Shown here piece by piece: positions 1 through 7,567 of a stretch of DNA of 19,794 nt. A program made the position numbers and the translations under genes. The notes beneath the pieces are model-generated. The model made no database searches. It was not told the DNA's origin and saw only the letters and a program-made list of their open reading frames with translations. Numbering within the stretch: position 1 is the first letter of the stretch; the number at the start of each line of letters is the position of its first letter. Where the stretch lies: positions 1-19,794 of the IMG/VR virus record IMGVR_UViG_2974724359_000001. One strand, written 5' to 3'. This DNA is from Tulanevirus 60ahydrpp (lineage: Duplodnaviria > Heunggongvirae > Uroviricota > Caudoviricetes > Straboviridae).

Positions 1-20
1 ACTCGTCGGGGCTTTGTTGT
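1..20. terminator. Probable half of an intrinsic terminator downstream of gp24, cut by the window edge
   Basis: GTCGGGGC followed by TTTGTTGT on plus, 26 nt past the gp24 stop. The partner arm would lie outside the window. Confidence 0.35.
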
Positions 21-45
21 ATTTGCAATTTGTGAATTGACCAGA

Positions 46-1278
46 TTACACCGGAATGATTCTGGGTAATTTCACACCTAACATATATGACATATCAGAT
101 TGACCTACCAAGTTATCCCAATCATCACCGGTTACATTACGTTCACCAGATTGACCTATACGTGTAGTGTATGGGTTAATGGATAAACCATACCGAAGCA
201 TAATGCCAACAGATGGTTGCAGCGATGTTGAGTCATTGATAATTTTATAAGCACCTAAATCATCTGCTTCAATATATGGTGAATAGAACAACGAACCCAC
301 GTGTTCAATATCATTGACGTAATGCTTACAACCAGTGATCAGATAGTCAAATGCCGATACCGTATCAACATACACTTTCAGTCCGTTGCGCAGAGTTCCT
401 GCCGAAAGAGGATCTTCGTTCGCATACATCCATCCAGATGCTTCAAGCATAGCAGAAACGCGAGTTGTGCAGAGAACATAAGTCGCTTCGTACGATGTGT
501 TTCTCAGCATCTGATTTTTCATTTCACACGCTTGTTGGTACAGAGTTCTTCCAATAACCGGGGCGTCAGTGCTAGTGGTTAAATCCAGAATTCCATTTGG
601 CGAAATTTCTTCTACTTTATAACGGCGCGAAACGGTTATAAGAGTCTGAATAATGTCTTTGTTAATATCTTCAGATATCATAGTTGACAGGACATCATCG
701 ACTACGCCAACACCATCCATTTTATTTGCTTCCAAATCCTGCATCAACTCAACACTTATATTTGTCTTAAGTTTGCGTGTGCGAACTGGAACTGTCCACC
801 GATCAAACTTGAAATCAGTTTCGACAAATGATGATGCGCCTTCAAATTCTTCTGCTAATGCTGCTTCAGACTTGATTCTCAGGTTACCGAGCATTACGGC
901 ATTGCCGATTGCATCGGCAATGTTTCCAGTTGATGATGTCAAAGTCAGTGGGTTTGTGACAGCGTAAACCACGTCATTCGAATCTTTGAAAACATACCCC
1001 TTAGCCATGGGAGTGTCTAGTTGTGCAAGAGGAATCGAATCTCGATATCCGACTGAACCCATGTAAGTTGCAGCGCTGGAGAATGATTGATTACCAGCAG
1101 GGTTCAAATATTTCACACCATACAATGTGGAGGTTGGCATGTTAGTTTCTTGAATTGCTACCATTTCGGTAAAAATCAAGTTGTTTGCGGCCCGGGTCAA
1201 GCCGACAAGAGCAGGACGGCTCTGACTATTTGCCCCGGTAGTTGTTGATTCAGAAATCAGATCGTTAATTCTGCTCAT
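46..1278 (-). CDS. 24: Capsid vertex (pentamer) protein gp24
   Basis: 410 aa. N-terminus MSRINDLISE|STTT matches the T4 gp24 cleavage context (LLRE|STTT). Motifs RPALVGLTRA, RKLKTNISVELMQDLEAN, LQPSVGIMLRYGLSINPY and GVKLPRII. Located after gp23. Confidence 0.96.
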   Translation of the reverse strand: MSRINDLISESTTTGANSQSRPALVGLTRAANNLIFTEMVAIQETNMPTSTLYGVKYLNPAGNQSFSSAATYMGSVGYRDSIPLAQLDTPMAKGYVFKDSNDVVYAVTNPLTLTSSTGNIADAIGNAVMLGNLRIKSEAALAEEFEGASSFVETDFKFDRWTVPVRTRKLKTNISVELMQDLEANKMDGVGVVDDVLSTMISEDINKDIIQTLITVSRRYKVEEISPNGILDLTTSTDAPVIGRTLYQQACEMKNQMLRNTSYEATYVLCTTRVSAMLEASGWMYANEDPLSAGTLRNGLKVYVDTVSAFDYLITGCKHYVNDIEHVGSLFYSPYIEADDLGAYKIINDSTSLQPSVGIMLRYGLSINPYTTRIGQSGERNVTGDDWDNLVGQSDMSYMLGVKLPRIIPV

Positions 1279-1287
1279 ATTTTTCTC

Positions 1288-1639
1288 TTATTGTTCGGCG
1301 ATTATACGAACTCGTGTAATCGTGAAATTTGACGTTGATGAAACAAGCTCCAAAGTACCACCATTCGTGGCAAAATTTCCGTTTTTATCAACACTTATGA
1401 ATGAGTTGTAGTTTATTGTCTGCGAAGCCTGCTCGGATATTCTGACGACAGTCAATGTATCAATATTTACACCTGCGTTAATGGTGAGTTCCAATGAGTT
1501 TGCAGATGCTGAACCACCAAATGAACTAGTGATTCGCTAATATTCGATCAGCCGTTAAATTTGATGACGTTATTGTTTTGCGTCATTAAGAGCCTTACCT
1601 TGTTTTGCTGACGTGCCATTTTGGAATATTTGATTGCAT
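1288..1639 (-). pseudogene. Frame-disrupted orphan gene between gp23 and gp24 (pseudogene or sequence error)
   Basis: AAGGA-N7-ATG at 1639 opens only 14 codons (stop 1597-1595). An 83-codon open stretch (1536..1288) has no SD-led start and ends 9 nt before the gp24 ATG. At least three frame changes are needed to join the two. Confidence 0.6.
1464..1471 (-). promoter_or_regulatory. Candidate T4-type late promoter variant TGTAAATA upstream of gp24
   Basis: One mismatch to TATAAATA. It is the best -10-like box I found between the gp23 terminator and gp24. Confidence 0.3.
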
Positions 1640-1654
1640 ATATTTTTCCTTATG

Positions 1655-1680
1655 CAAAAAAGGGAGCCCGAAGGCTCCCT
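1655..1680 (-). terminator. Rho-independent terminator after gp23
   Basis: AGGGAGCC-TTCG-GGCTCCCT followed by TTTTT on minus. The C(UUCG)G tetraloop is typical of T4-like terminators. Confidence 0.93.
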
Positions 1681-1689
1681 TAACCATTC

Positions 1690-1707
1690 CTTGGTTGTGG
1701 AACCAAG
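1690..1707. other. Short stem-loop between the gp23 stop and the terminator
   Basis: CTTGGTT-CCAC-AACCAAG on minus, 7-bp perfect stem. Confidence 0.55.
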
Positions 1708-1717
1708 TCCTTTTGAA

Positions 1718-3307
1718 TTACAGACCTTTAACCCATACACGGCGGAAGTAGGCATTCTTACCAACGCTGTGAGCACCAGGCATACCATTGCTGATTCGAC
1801 TGGTAGGAGCTTGGGTGCGGGATTCAGCGAACGGGTTAACACCGATGGCGTAACGAGTCTTGAAGCCCATGACCGGTTGGAAGTTCTTCGGATCAGAACC
1901 ACGCAGCGGGGTCAGTGCAACGTATGGGCAGTAGTAGATACCGGCATCCAGGTTGTTGGCACCGCGGTAACCCATGGTGAAGTAATCTTGACGGGCGTAT
2001 TGGTCAATGTAGACCTTGTAACGACCACCCAGAACACCAGCGAACACACCCTTGGTAGTATCAGCGTTCAGGCCAGAAGCCATACCTTGAGCAGCTGGGG
2101 TGATACCAGCATCAACCAGAGCCAGGGCAGAAACTACGTTACGAGAAGCGATGATGAAGTTACCAGCACCACGACCAGTTTGACGAGCAATTTCGTTAGC
2201 TTCCTTGTCGATTTGGATCAGCAGAGCTTTATAGCTTTCACCGGCCCAACGAGCACCACGTACATCGATCGGGTCTTGGAAGTCGAACACACCAGCAGCA
2301 GAACCTACGGTTTGAGTCCAACCAGATTTACCAACTTGAGCGGTGTAGTTAATCCAATCGATAACTTCACGGTTGATTTCCAGCATGACTTCGTTAGCCA
2401 AGATACCGTTCAGTTCGCTGTCAGCATCCATACCATGAACAGCACGCAGGTCTTGGGCCAGTTCGATAGAGTATTGAGCTTTCAGTTGACGAGATTTCGC
2501 TTCGACAGTTTGCTTGTCGATACGGAAGCTCATTTCGTTCCAAGGGTTATCGGTGGTTCCGTTAAATCCTTGACGAAGTTCGGCGATAGAGGTAGCCATA
2601 CCTTCAGCAATTTCAGCCAGTTCGCCAGCAGCAATCTTGGCAGTAACCAGGGCATCCAGAGCAGCACCAGTTTCGTTGGTACCGACAGTCACGCTTCCGC
2701 CAGTCACGTTCTGCAGATAAGCTGAACCAGACTCGTAGAAGAAGTGATAAACGATATCACCGGTAGCAACAGCTTGACCAGCAGTCAGCGTAGCAAACGG
2801 AGTGCCATCGCTTGAAGTGGTAGCACCCTTGGCAGCCAGACCTGAATGCCAAGCATCAGGAGCATACATCGGGTGGAAAGCTTCCTTAGCACCAGAAGCC
2901 AGAGGGTCTTTGCCGTAAACAGAACGCAGGGCAAATACTTGGCCAGTAGGACCAGTCATCGGCTGAACACCGGCGATATCGAAGGCGATCAGGGATGGAA
3001 TTGCGCGTCGTACCATGCCGATAACAGCAGGGCCGATGTTTGTAATTGCTCCGGAACTTTGACCAGCAGCAATATTGGTAGGATCGTAACCGTGATCACC
3101 AGCAACTTCGGCTTCCATCAGAGACTGACCGAATGCTTCAATCAGTTTGTCATCGCGATACACCGGATCGGTTTTGGAATCTTTTTCCTGAGCTTCGAGA
3201 ATTTGGGCTACAAGAGCTTGCTTATTTTTACCAGCAATTTCAGGCAGACCTTCACCTTCCAGCAGCGGAGTCCATTTGTTCAGAATTTCTTTGGTTTTCA
3301 GAGACAT
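1718..3307 (-). CDS. 23: Major capsid protein gp23
   Basis: 529 aa. Motifs KWTPLLEGEGLPEI, LME|AEVAGDHGY (E65/A66 maturation site as in T4), GMVRRAIP, KSRQLKAQYSIELAQDLRAVHG and GSDPKNFQPVMGFKTRY. Strong codon bias. Confidence 0.99.
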   Translation of the reverse strand: MSLKTKEILNKWTPLLEGEGLPEIAGKNKQALVAQILEAQEKDSKTDPVYRDDKLIEAFGQSLMEAEVAGDHGYDPTNIAAGQSSGAITNIGPAVIGMVRRAIPSLIAFDIAGVQPMTGPTGQVFALRSVYGKDPLASGAKEAFHPMYAPDAWHSGLAAKGATTSSDGTPFATLTAGQAVATGDIVYHFFYESGSAYLQNVTGGSVTVGTNETGAALDALVTAKIAAGELAEIAEGMATSIAELRQGFNGTTDNPWNEMSFRIDKQTVEAKSRQLKAQYSIELAQDLRAVHGMDADSELNGILANEVMLEINREVIDWINYTAQVGKSGWTQTVGSAAGVFDFQDPIDVRGARWAGESYKALLIQIDKEANEIARQTGRGAGNFIIASRNVVSALALVDAGITPAAQGMASGLNADTTKGVFAGVLGGRYKVYIDQYARQDYFTMGYRGANNLDAGIYYCPYVALTPLRGSDPKNFQPVMGFKTRYAIGVNPFAESRTQAPTSRISNGMPGAHSVGKNAYFRRVWVKGL

Positions 3308-3326
3308 TGTTATAACCTTTATTTAA

Positions 3327-4157
3327 TTAAGAAGACATACGGGAAGCAGCGGCCAGATAGGCGGCCATGGAATTATTTGCCTGCTTGTTATCATTTTGCT
3401 CAACAATAACTTCGGGTTCGAAGTTTACCGCAGCTGCAGATTCATCAATATTTAATGCTTGTTCCTGGATCGGTTTTTGCTCCTTTTGACCAGAATTAGC
3501 AACCATTTCGACAATCGCAGACAGTTTTGGTGAATAACTATCACCATATTCCAGGCCTTCAACAAGACTCAGAACTTTTTCTTTCTGTGACTCGGTCAAA
3601 CCTGCAGTAGCTTCTGAAATAGCTTTTTCTTTCTTCAGTGAAGAAATTTGCTCTTCCAGCGCCAGATTTTTGTCAAACAGCGATTTAATTTCAGCTGTAG
3701 ATTCATCCAGCTCAGCATTCAGTTCGTCAATAACATCTACTTGCTCTTCTGGTACAGAGACGTTATTTTCAATGAACAGTTCTTTGAGGCCGGATGCAAA
3801 TGATTCGAACAGCTCAGACTTGATGTTTGTCTTCACTTGCAGAGCATTTTCTTTCAGCCATTCTTTGCCCAGATGAGTTAAAAATTTATCAGCATCTTCG
3901 TAAAGTTTTGTTTCAACTTCTACGCGGGCTGCTTCAATTCCTTCGGCCAGCTGAGTTTCGGCTGAAGAGGCAATATCGGCAATGTGAGATTCAGCAAGCG
4001 TGATTGCAGCTGATCGTACAGCTTGCTCAAACGCAGTACTGACATTTTCTTTTACGGCTTCGTCCAGCTGAACAGACTCGAAAATACTGTCCAGTTCAAC
4101 GGCTACCGCGCCCAGTTTCTCGCTGGATTCAGCCAGCAGTTTATCTTTAAGGGACAT
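3327..4157 (-). CDS. 22: Prohead core scaffold protein gp22
   Basis: 276 aa, acidic and helical. Motifs LDSIFESV and GLTESQKEKVLSLVEGL. SD AAGGA. Sits between gp21 and gp23. Confidence 0.94.
   Translation of the reverse strand: MSLKDKLLAESSEKLGAVAVELDSIFESVQLDEAVKENVSTAFEQAVRSAAITLAESHIADIASSAETQLAEGIEAARVEVETKLYEDADKFLTHLGKEWLKENALQVKTNIKSELFESFASGLKELFIENNVSVPEEQVDVIDELNAELDESTAEIKSLFDKNLALEEQISSLKKEKAISEATAGLTESQKEKVLSLVEGLEYGDSYSPKLSAIVEMVANSGQKEQKPIQEQALNIDESAAAVNFEPEVIVEQNDNKQANNSMAAYLAAASRMSS
3449..3456 (-). promoter_or_regulatory. Candidate late promoter for gp23 (ATTAAATA) inside gene 22
   Basis: Encodes ALNI, at the position aligning with T4 gp22 SINT, which as I recall contains T4 P23. 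Two mismatches to consensus. Confidence 0.4.
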
Positions 4158-4169
4158 TTGGTTTTTCCT

Positions 4170-4802
4170 TTAGTTCAACATTGAAGCCATGTTTTTAGCC
4201 AATTGGCTGAACGCTTCATTAAGTGTGCTTACATTGTTATTTATAGCATCTGTAGGAGCTTCAGATTCTTGTTCTTTGCTCTCTCTTAGTGGTTTAACGT
4301 ACGCTTGCGGAGCAGATGGCCCCCAAACAACATCAACCGCTACAGTAAGGCGATAACCCTCCTGAACAAAGCCACCTTTAACTTGTCCGAGACCACGTGA
4401 TGATACTCCCGGAATCCAACCAGCTCGTATATTGGCGGCAAGTTTATCACCTGGACCAAAATCGCCTTCAATTACCCTGGCACGACCCATTACATTATCG
4501 CCTTCCCACCATAGTTTTTCTACTATGATTGAAGCCAAATTGGGGTCAGGCATCGGCCTTGCAGGATGATTGGTTTCGCCGAGTGATTGTTTAGAATTTA
4601 TTTGAGTAGCAATATAGTCGTCGACAGCTTTGGCAAGAACAGCTTTAGGATAAATTCTCCCGTTTCTATTCTTAACGTTAGCTTGCATAAAGATGCCTTC
4701 AATGTACAAAGCACCTTTACCATCATCCACTGATTCGACTACAAGTTCAGAACAGGTGCCGCCGGGAAGTCCCCATACTTCAATTAGCAGCTCGTCTTCC
4801 AT
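4170..4802 (-). CDS. 21: Prohead maturation protease gp21
   Basis: 210 aa. Motifs LYIEGIFMQANVKNRNGRIYP, GETNHP (His), GVSSRG (Ser) and DVVWGPSAP (Asp). Confidence 0.97.
   Translation of the reverse strand: MEDELLIEVWGLPGGTCSELVVESVDDGKGALYIEGIFMQANVKNRNGRIYPKAVLAKAVDDYIATQINSKQSLGETNHPARPMPDPNLASIIVEKLWWEGDNVMGRARVIEGDFGPGDKLAANIRAGWIPGVSSRGLGQVKGGFVQEGYRLTVAVDVVWGPSAPQAYVKPLRESKEQESEAPTDAINNNVSTLNEAFSQLAKNMASMLN
4238..4245 (-). promoter_or_regulatory. Late promoter P22 (gp55-type -10 box)
   Basis: Perfect TATAAATA in the 3' end of gene 21, about 80 nt upstream of gp22. Confidence 0.85.
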
Positions 4803-4803
4803 C

Positions 4804-5226
4804 TTATAACCCCAATGCTTTACGGCGTTTCAAAGCACGTTTTGTTTTGCGCTGTGCCTTTATCCCAATGGTTGGTTGAGAGCGCTTAGTTTTCGCCGCC
4901 TTACGAGCAATTTGCCTGCGAGTAGCAGCAGTTAGCCCAGTAGTTTTAAATGCATTGCGCTTTCGTGTTTCTCGATCTTTGGTACGAGTTACTTCACCTT
5001 TCGAATTAACGTGTTTGACAATTGCCTCTGAAATGGAAATATTTTCAACTGCAGCAATCATTGCCAATGACATATCTGTTTCGTCAAGTGAATTTTTGGA
5101 AATAACACCGATAATTTCATCGGTGCTAAATCCGGCTTCTACCAAGGATTTAACTCGAATCACTGCTTGCGCAAAATGAGATTCAACGACTTGTTGATTT
5201 GCTGAATAGTCGGATGGAATAAGCAT
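4804..5226 (-). CDS. 68: Prohead core protein gp68
   Basis: 140 aa. IVKHVNSKGEVTRTKDR motif and basic C-terminus ending ALKRRKALGL. Confidence 0.95.
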   Translation of the reverse strand: MLIPSDYSANQQVVESHFAQAVIRVKSLVEAGFSTDEIIGVISKNSLDETDMSLAMIAAVENISISEAIVKHVNSKGEVTRTKDRETRKRNAFKTTGLTAATRRQIARKAAKTKRSQPTIGIKAQRKTKRALKRRKALGL

Positions 5227-5436
5227 TTATTCATCCTCTTCATCTTCATCATCTTCGTCGTCATTCTCATCATCTTCGTCGTCCTCGGGTTTTTCACCTT
5301 CGGTAACAACTGCGCGAGCAATGGCTTGTTTTTCTTCGGCGTATACTGACTCTTTCACAAGAGCCATTTTCGCATTAAATTCACGTTTTGCTTCAATCAA
5401 ATCACCTGATTTGATAGCATCGATCAATTTTTCCAT
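5227..5436 (-). CDS. 67: Prohead core protein gp67
   Basis: 69 aa. MEKLIDAIKSGDLIEAKREF start and acidic tail. Abuts gp20 and gp68 (TAAATG junctions). Confidence 0.93.
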   Translation of the reverse strand: MEKLIDAIKSGDLIEAKREFNAKMALVKESVYAEEKQAIARAVVTEGEKPEDDEDDENDDEDDEDEEDE

Positions 5437-6987
5437 TTAGAAATCATCCTCGTTTTCAGGGTTTTGGAATCGTTTGACATTCGCCTCTTTTTCTATTTGC
5501 TTTTCCTCTTGAGCAATTTGCTCATCGGTCATCTGCAAAATGTTTTTCATGACATAATCATGCGAGACATATTTACCTACATACGGCTCGATTTGAGAAA
5601 GAGCGTCAACTCGTTGTCGAAGAGTTTCAATATCTTTCAATTCGGTATAATAGGAATCTTGATGGAAATTAACCTTTATGTTATTTATTTGCTCTTCCCA
5701 TTCACTTTCCAATATGATTTTCTTGTAAATCAAATTGGTTTTGAGCGGGTCAAGGAAAATTTCTTCAAAATTGTGTTGAAGCTGAACAATAAATTTTCTG
5801 AAATCTAATTCATCGCGGGTGATAGCCATATCTTGGCCACCAATTACCATTCCGCCGTCGTCACGAGGCATTCGAGACAAAGGAATTCTCAGAGCTTCAT
5901 AGAGCTTTTTATTGAACCAGCGAACATCATCCATTTCACCCATTGTTTGGGCGCCTGGAAGAGAAGTAACTTCGGTAACAGATTTACCGTCTCTACGCAT
6001 CAGCCAATAATCTTCAGTCATTGAAAGATTGCGTTTTTGATTTTTCACAGTACCTGTATTTGAATCGTACACGACACGATTTTTCAGGCTCTGCATGATG
6101 CCATTCACGTATTCAGTTGCTTTGCGATTAGGCATATTTCCTACGTCAATGTAGAAAACACGTCTTTCCGGAGCACGCGTAATACGATATATTACCAAAG
6201 CATCTTCTAAGAGTTTTAATTGGTTTGCAGGCTTAACTGCATTATGCAAATAACCGACAATCCCACGATCAGAACAATCCTGAAGGCCTGAATGCGCGTA
6301 TACAATGGCACTTCTCGGAATTTTAATGCGGGTATTTGGTTCAAACAGTCTGCCGTTATAAGCATAGCCTTCATTGCCGGTGGTATAAACAAAAAATTCG
6401 CGATAGCCTTTTACTACCGAAGTACCACCAACATCAGATGTGACAATTTCGCGATAATATTCAACATGGCGTGGGTCTAACCTACGCAATTCAACAATGC
6501 CTTCTTTAGGATTAGGCATTATTTTATGAAAGAATATACGAGAGTCAATATACCATCTGCGGAATAACGTGTCGAGTTTGCGAGATGCATCTAACAATCT
6601 GCAAATTTCATCAAACTCTTCTAAAATTTTGTCTTTGATAGATGAACTAAATTCGGTATCATCCAAATCAAGAGATACTACTTTGTGACCCTTTTCATAA
6701 ACAACAGCTTCATTTACGATATTTGCTACAGCTCGTTCAACTTCAGGATTATTCATGAGTTGACGATATGTGTTTATGAGGTCCTTGGTACCAGAAATGT
6801 TGTTATCGATACCAAAAAATTGTTGCATTAAAGCGTTATATGATGATTCTCCCTCACGAGCTTCAATCTCGGTGGCACCATCATCTTTTTTAGGAGTCGC
6901 AATCGATTCGTGGCCTTGTTTGAGCCGCTCGTCATATTCATTTTGATCGACACGATCCCAAAATTTAAACAAATCTAAAAACTTCAT
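5437..6987 (-). CDS. 20: Portal vertex protein gp20
   Basis: 516 aa. Motifs FRRWYIDSRIFFHK, YRITRAPERRVFYIDVGNMP, MTEDYWLMRRDGK and ILQMTDEQI. SD AGGAG. Confidence 0.99.
   Translation of the reverse strand: MKFLDLFKFWDRVDQNEYDERLKQGHESIATPKKDDGATEIEAREGESSYNALMQQFFGIDNNISGTKDLINTYRQLMNNPEVERAVANIVNEAVVYEKGHKVVSLDLDDTEFSSSIKDKILEEFDEICRLLDASRKLDTLFRRWYIDSRIFFHKIMPNPKEGIVELRRLDPRHVEYYREIVTSDVGGTSVVKGYREFFVYTTGNEGYAYNGRLFEPNTRIKIPRSAIVYAHSGLQDCSDRGIVGYLHNAVKPANQLKLLEDALVIYRITRAPERRVFYIDVGNMPNRKATEYVNGIMQSLKNRVVYDSNTGTVKNQKRNLSMTEDYWLMRRDGKSVTEVTSLPGAQTMGEMDDVRWFNKKLYEALRIPLSRMPRDDGGMVIGGQDMAITRDELDFRKFIVQLQHNFEEIFLDPLKTNLIYKKIILESEWEEQINNIKVNFHQDSYYTELKDIETLRQRVDALSQIEPYVGKYVSHDYVMKNILQMTDEQIAQEEKQIEKEANVKRFQNPENEDDF
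5682..5689 (-). promoter_or_regulatory. Candidate late promoter for gp67 operon (AATAAATA) inside gene 20
   Basis: One mismatch to TATAAATA, about 250 nt upstream of gp67. Confidence 0.4.
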
Positions 6988-7000
6988 ACAAACTCCTAAT

Positions 7001-7022
7001 CAGGCAGCATTACTGCTGCCTG
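7001..7022. other. Stem-loop in the gp19-gp20 spacer
   Basis: CAGGCAGCA-GTAA-TGCTGCCTG on minus: 9-bp perfect stem, GNRA loop, no U-tract. Confidence 0.8.
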
Positions 7023-7030
7023 TATTTATT
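7023..7030 (-). promoter_or_regulatory. Late promoter upstream of gp20 (AATAAATA)
   Basis: One-mismatch -10 box overlapping the gp19 stop, 36 nt upstream of the gp20 ATG. Confidence 0.6.
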
Positions 7031-7517
7031 ATTCCCACCAGTCGAGTGCAAACGTAGTTTCAAATGTTGAAACTGTGTTGTTATCATCCCAGTCGAGAGT
7101 AACTTCACCAACGTTAGTCGGGAAAAGACCGACAATGGTATATTCTTTAGTTGTATTTCCATTACGATCTTTTTGACGAACAATGCCAGGCTTTTTATAT
7201 GCTTCTGGAATATCGCCAGTGATTTCATTACCCATTCCATGAGTCATGGCATTCCAATCGACAATTGCCTGTCGAGTGTTATGGGCCGAATCGTTATAAA
7301 TCGTAATCGTCCAGTCGTCAAAAATACGGTCACCTGCCACATTAAGTTTGCGGTTCATGTATCCAACTGGGATTTTTTCAACAGTGGCTGCCGGCATTGT
7401 ACCTGCTTTAGCTTTAAATTTGAAATTTTGGCCCAGATGTGGGATTTCAATTTCAAACAAGTTAGGGCGGGCGAAATCACCGGACTCAAAAGCCCTGAGG
7501 ACATCAGTTACGTCCAT
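7029..7517 (-). CDS. 19: Tail tube protein gp19
   Basis: 162 aa from ATG 7517 (GAGG SD, 6-nt spacing; preferred over TTG 7523). Motifs RAFESGDFARPNLF, VAGDRIFDDWTITIYND and FETTFALDWWE. Confidence 0.98.
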   Translation of the reverse strand: MDVTDVLRAFESGDFARPNLFEIEIPHLGQNFKFKAKAGTMPAATVEKIPVGYMNRKLNVAGDRIFDDWTITIYNDSAHNTRQAIVDWNAMTHGMGNEITGDIPEAYKKPGIVRQKDRNGNTTKEYTIVGLFPTNVGEVTLDWDDNNTVSTFETTFALDWWE

Positions 7518-7533
7518 TATCAACCTCTATGTT

Positions 7534-7541
7534 TATTTATG
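7534..7541 (-). promoter_or_regulatory. Late promoter upstream of gp19 (CATAAATA)
   Basis: One-mismatch -10 box in the 18-19 spacer, placed so the transcript keeps the GAGG SD. Confidence 0.65.
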
Positions 7542-7559
7542 GGCCCAAATATGGGCCCA
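7540..7559. repeat. Doubled palindrome TGGGCCCA-N4-TGGGCCCA
   Basis: A self-complementary 8-mer at 7540-7547 and 7552-7559, so it is both a direct and an inverted repeat. Confidence 0.9.
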
Positions 7560-7567
7560 ACGCTGAA

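Noticed and set aside
1288-1494. 68-aa ORF starting at TTG 1494 as a stand-alone gene
   Set aside because: There is no SD before the TTG and the frame is open further upstream to 1536. It is better explained as the 3' part of the disrupted gene.
1570-1902. 110-aa minus ORF overlapping the gp23 3' end as a possible frameshift extension of the capsid protein (T7 10B-like)
   Set aside because: It would need a +1 shift with no evident slippery site, must cross a strong terminator, and stops at 1570 before the beta-rich segment. Only its last 15 or so codons look like real coding, as part of the broken gene.
1634-3409. Long plus-strand ORFs (363 aa at 1634..2725 and 187 aa at 2846..3409) antisense to gp23
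   Set aside because: Both are in exact codon register with gp23. Antisense stops there need TTA, CTA or TCA sense codons, which this highly biased gene avoids. They have no recognisable protein features, so they are shadow ORFs.
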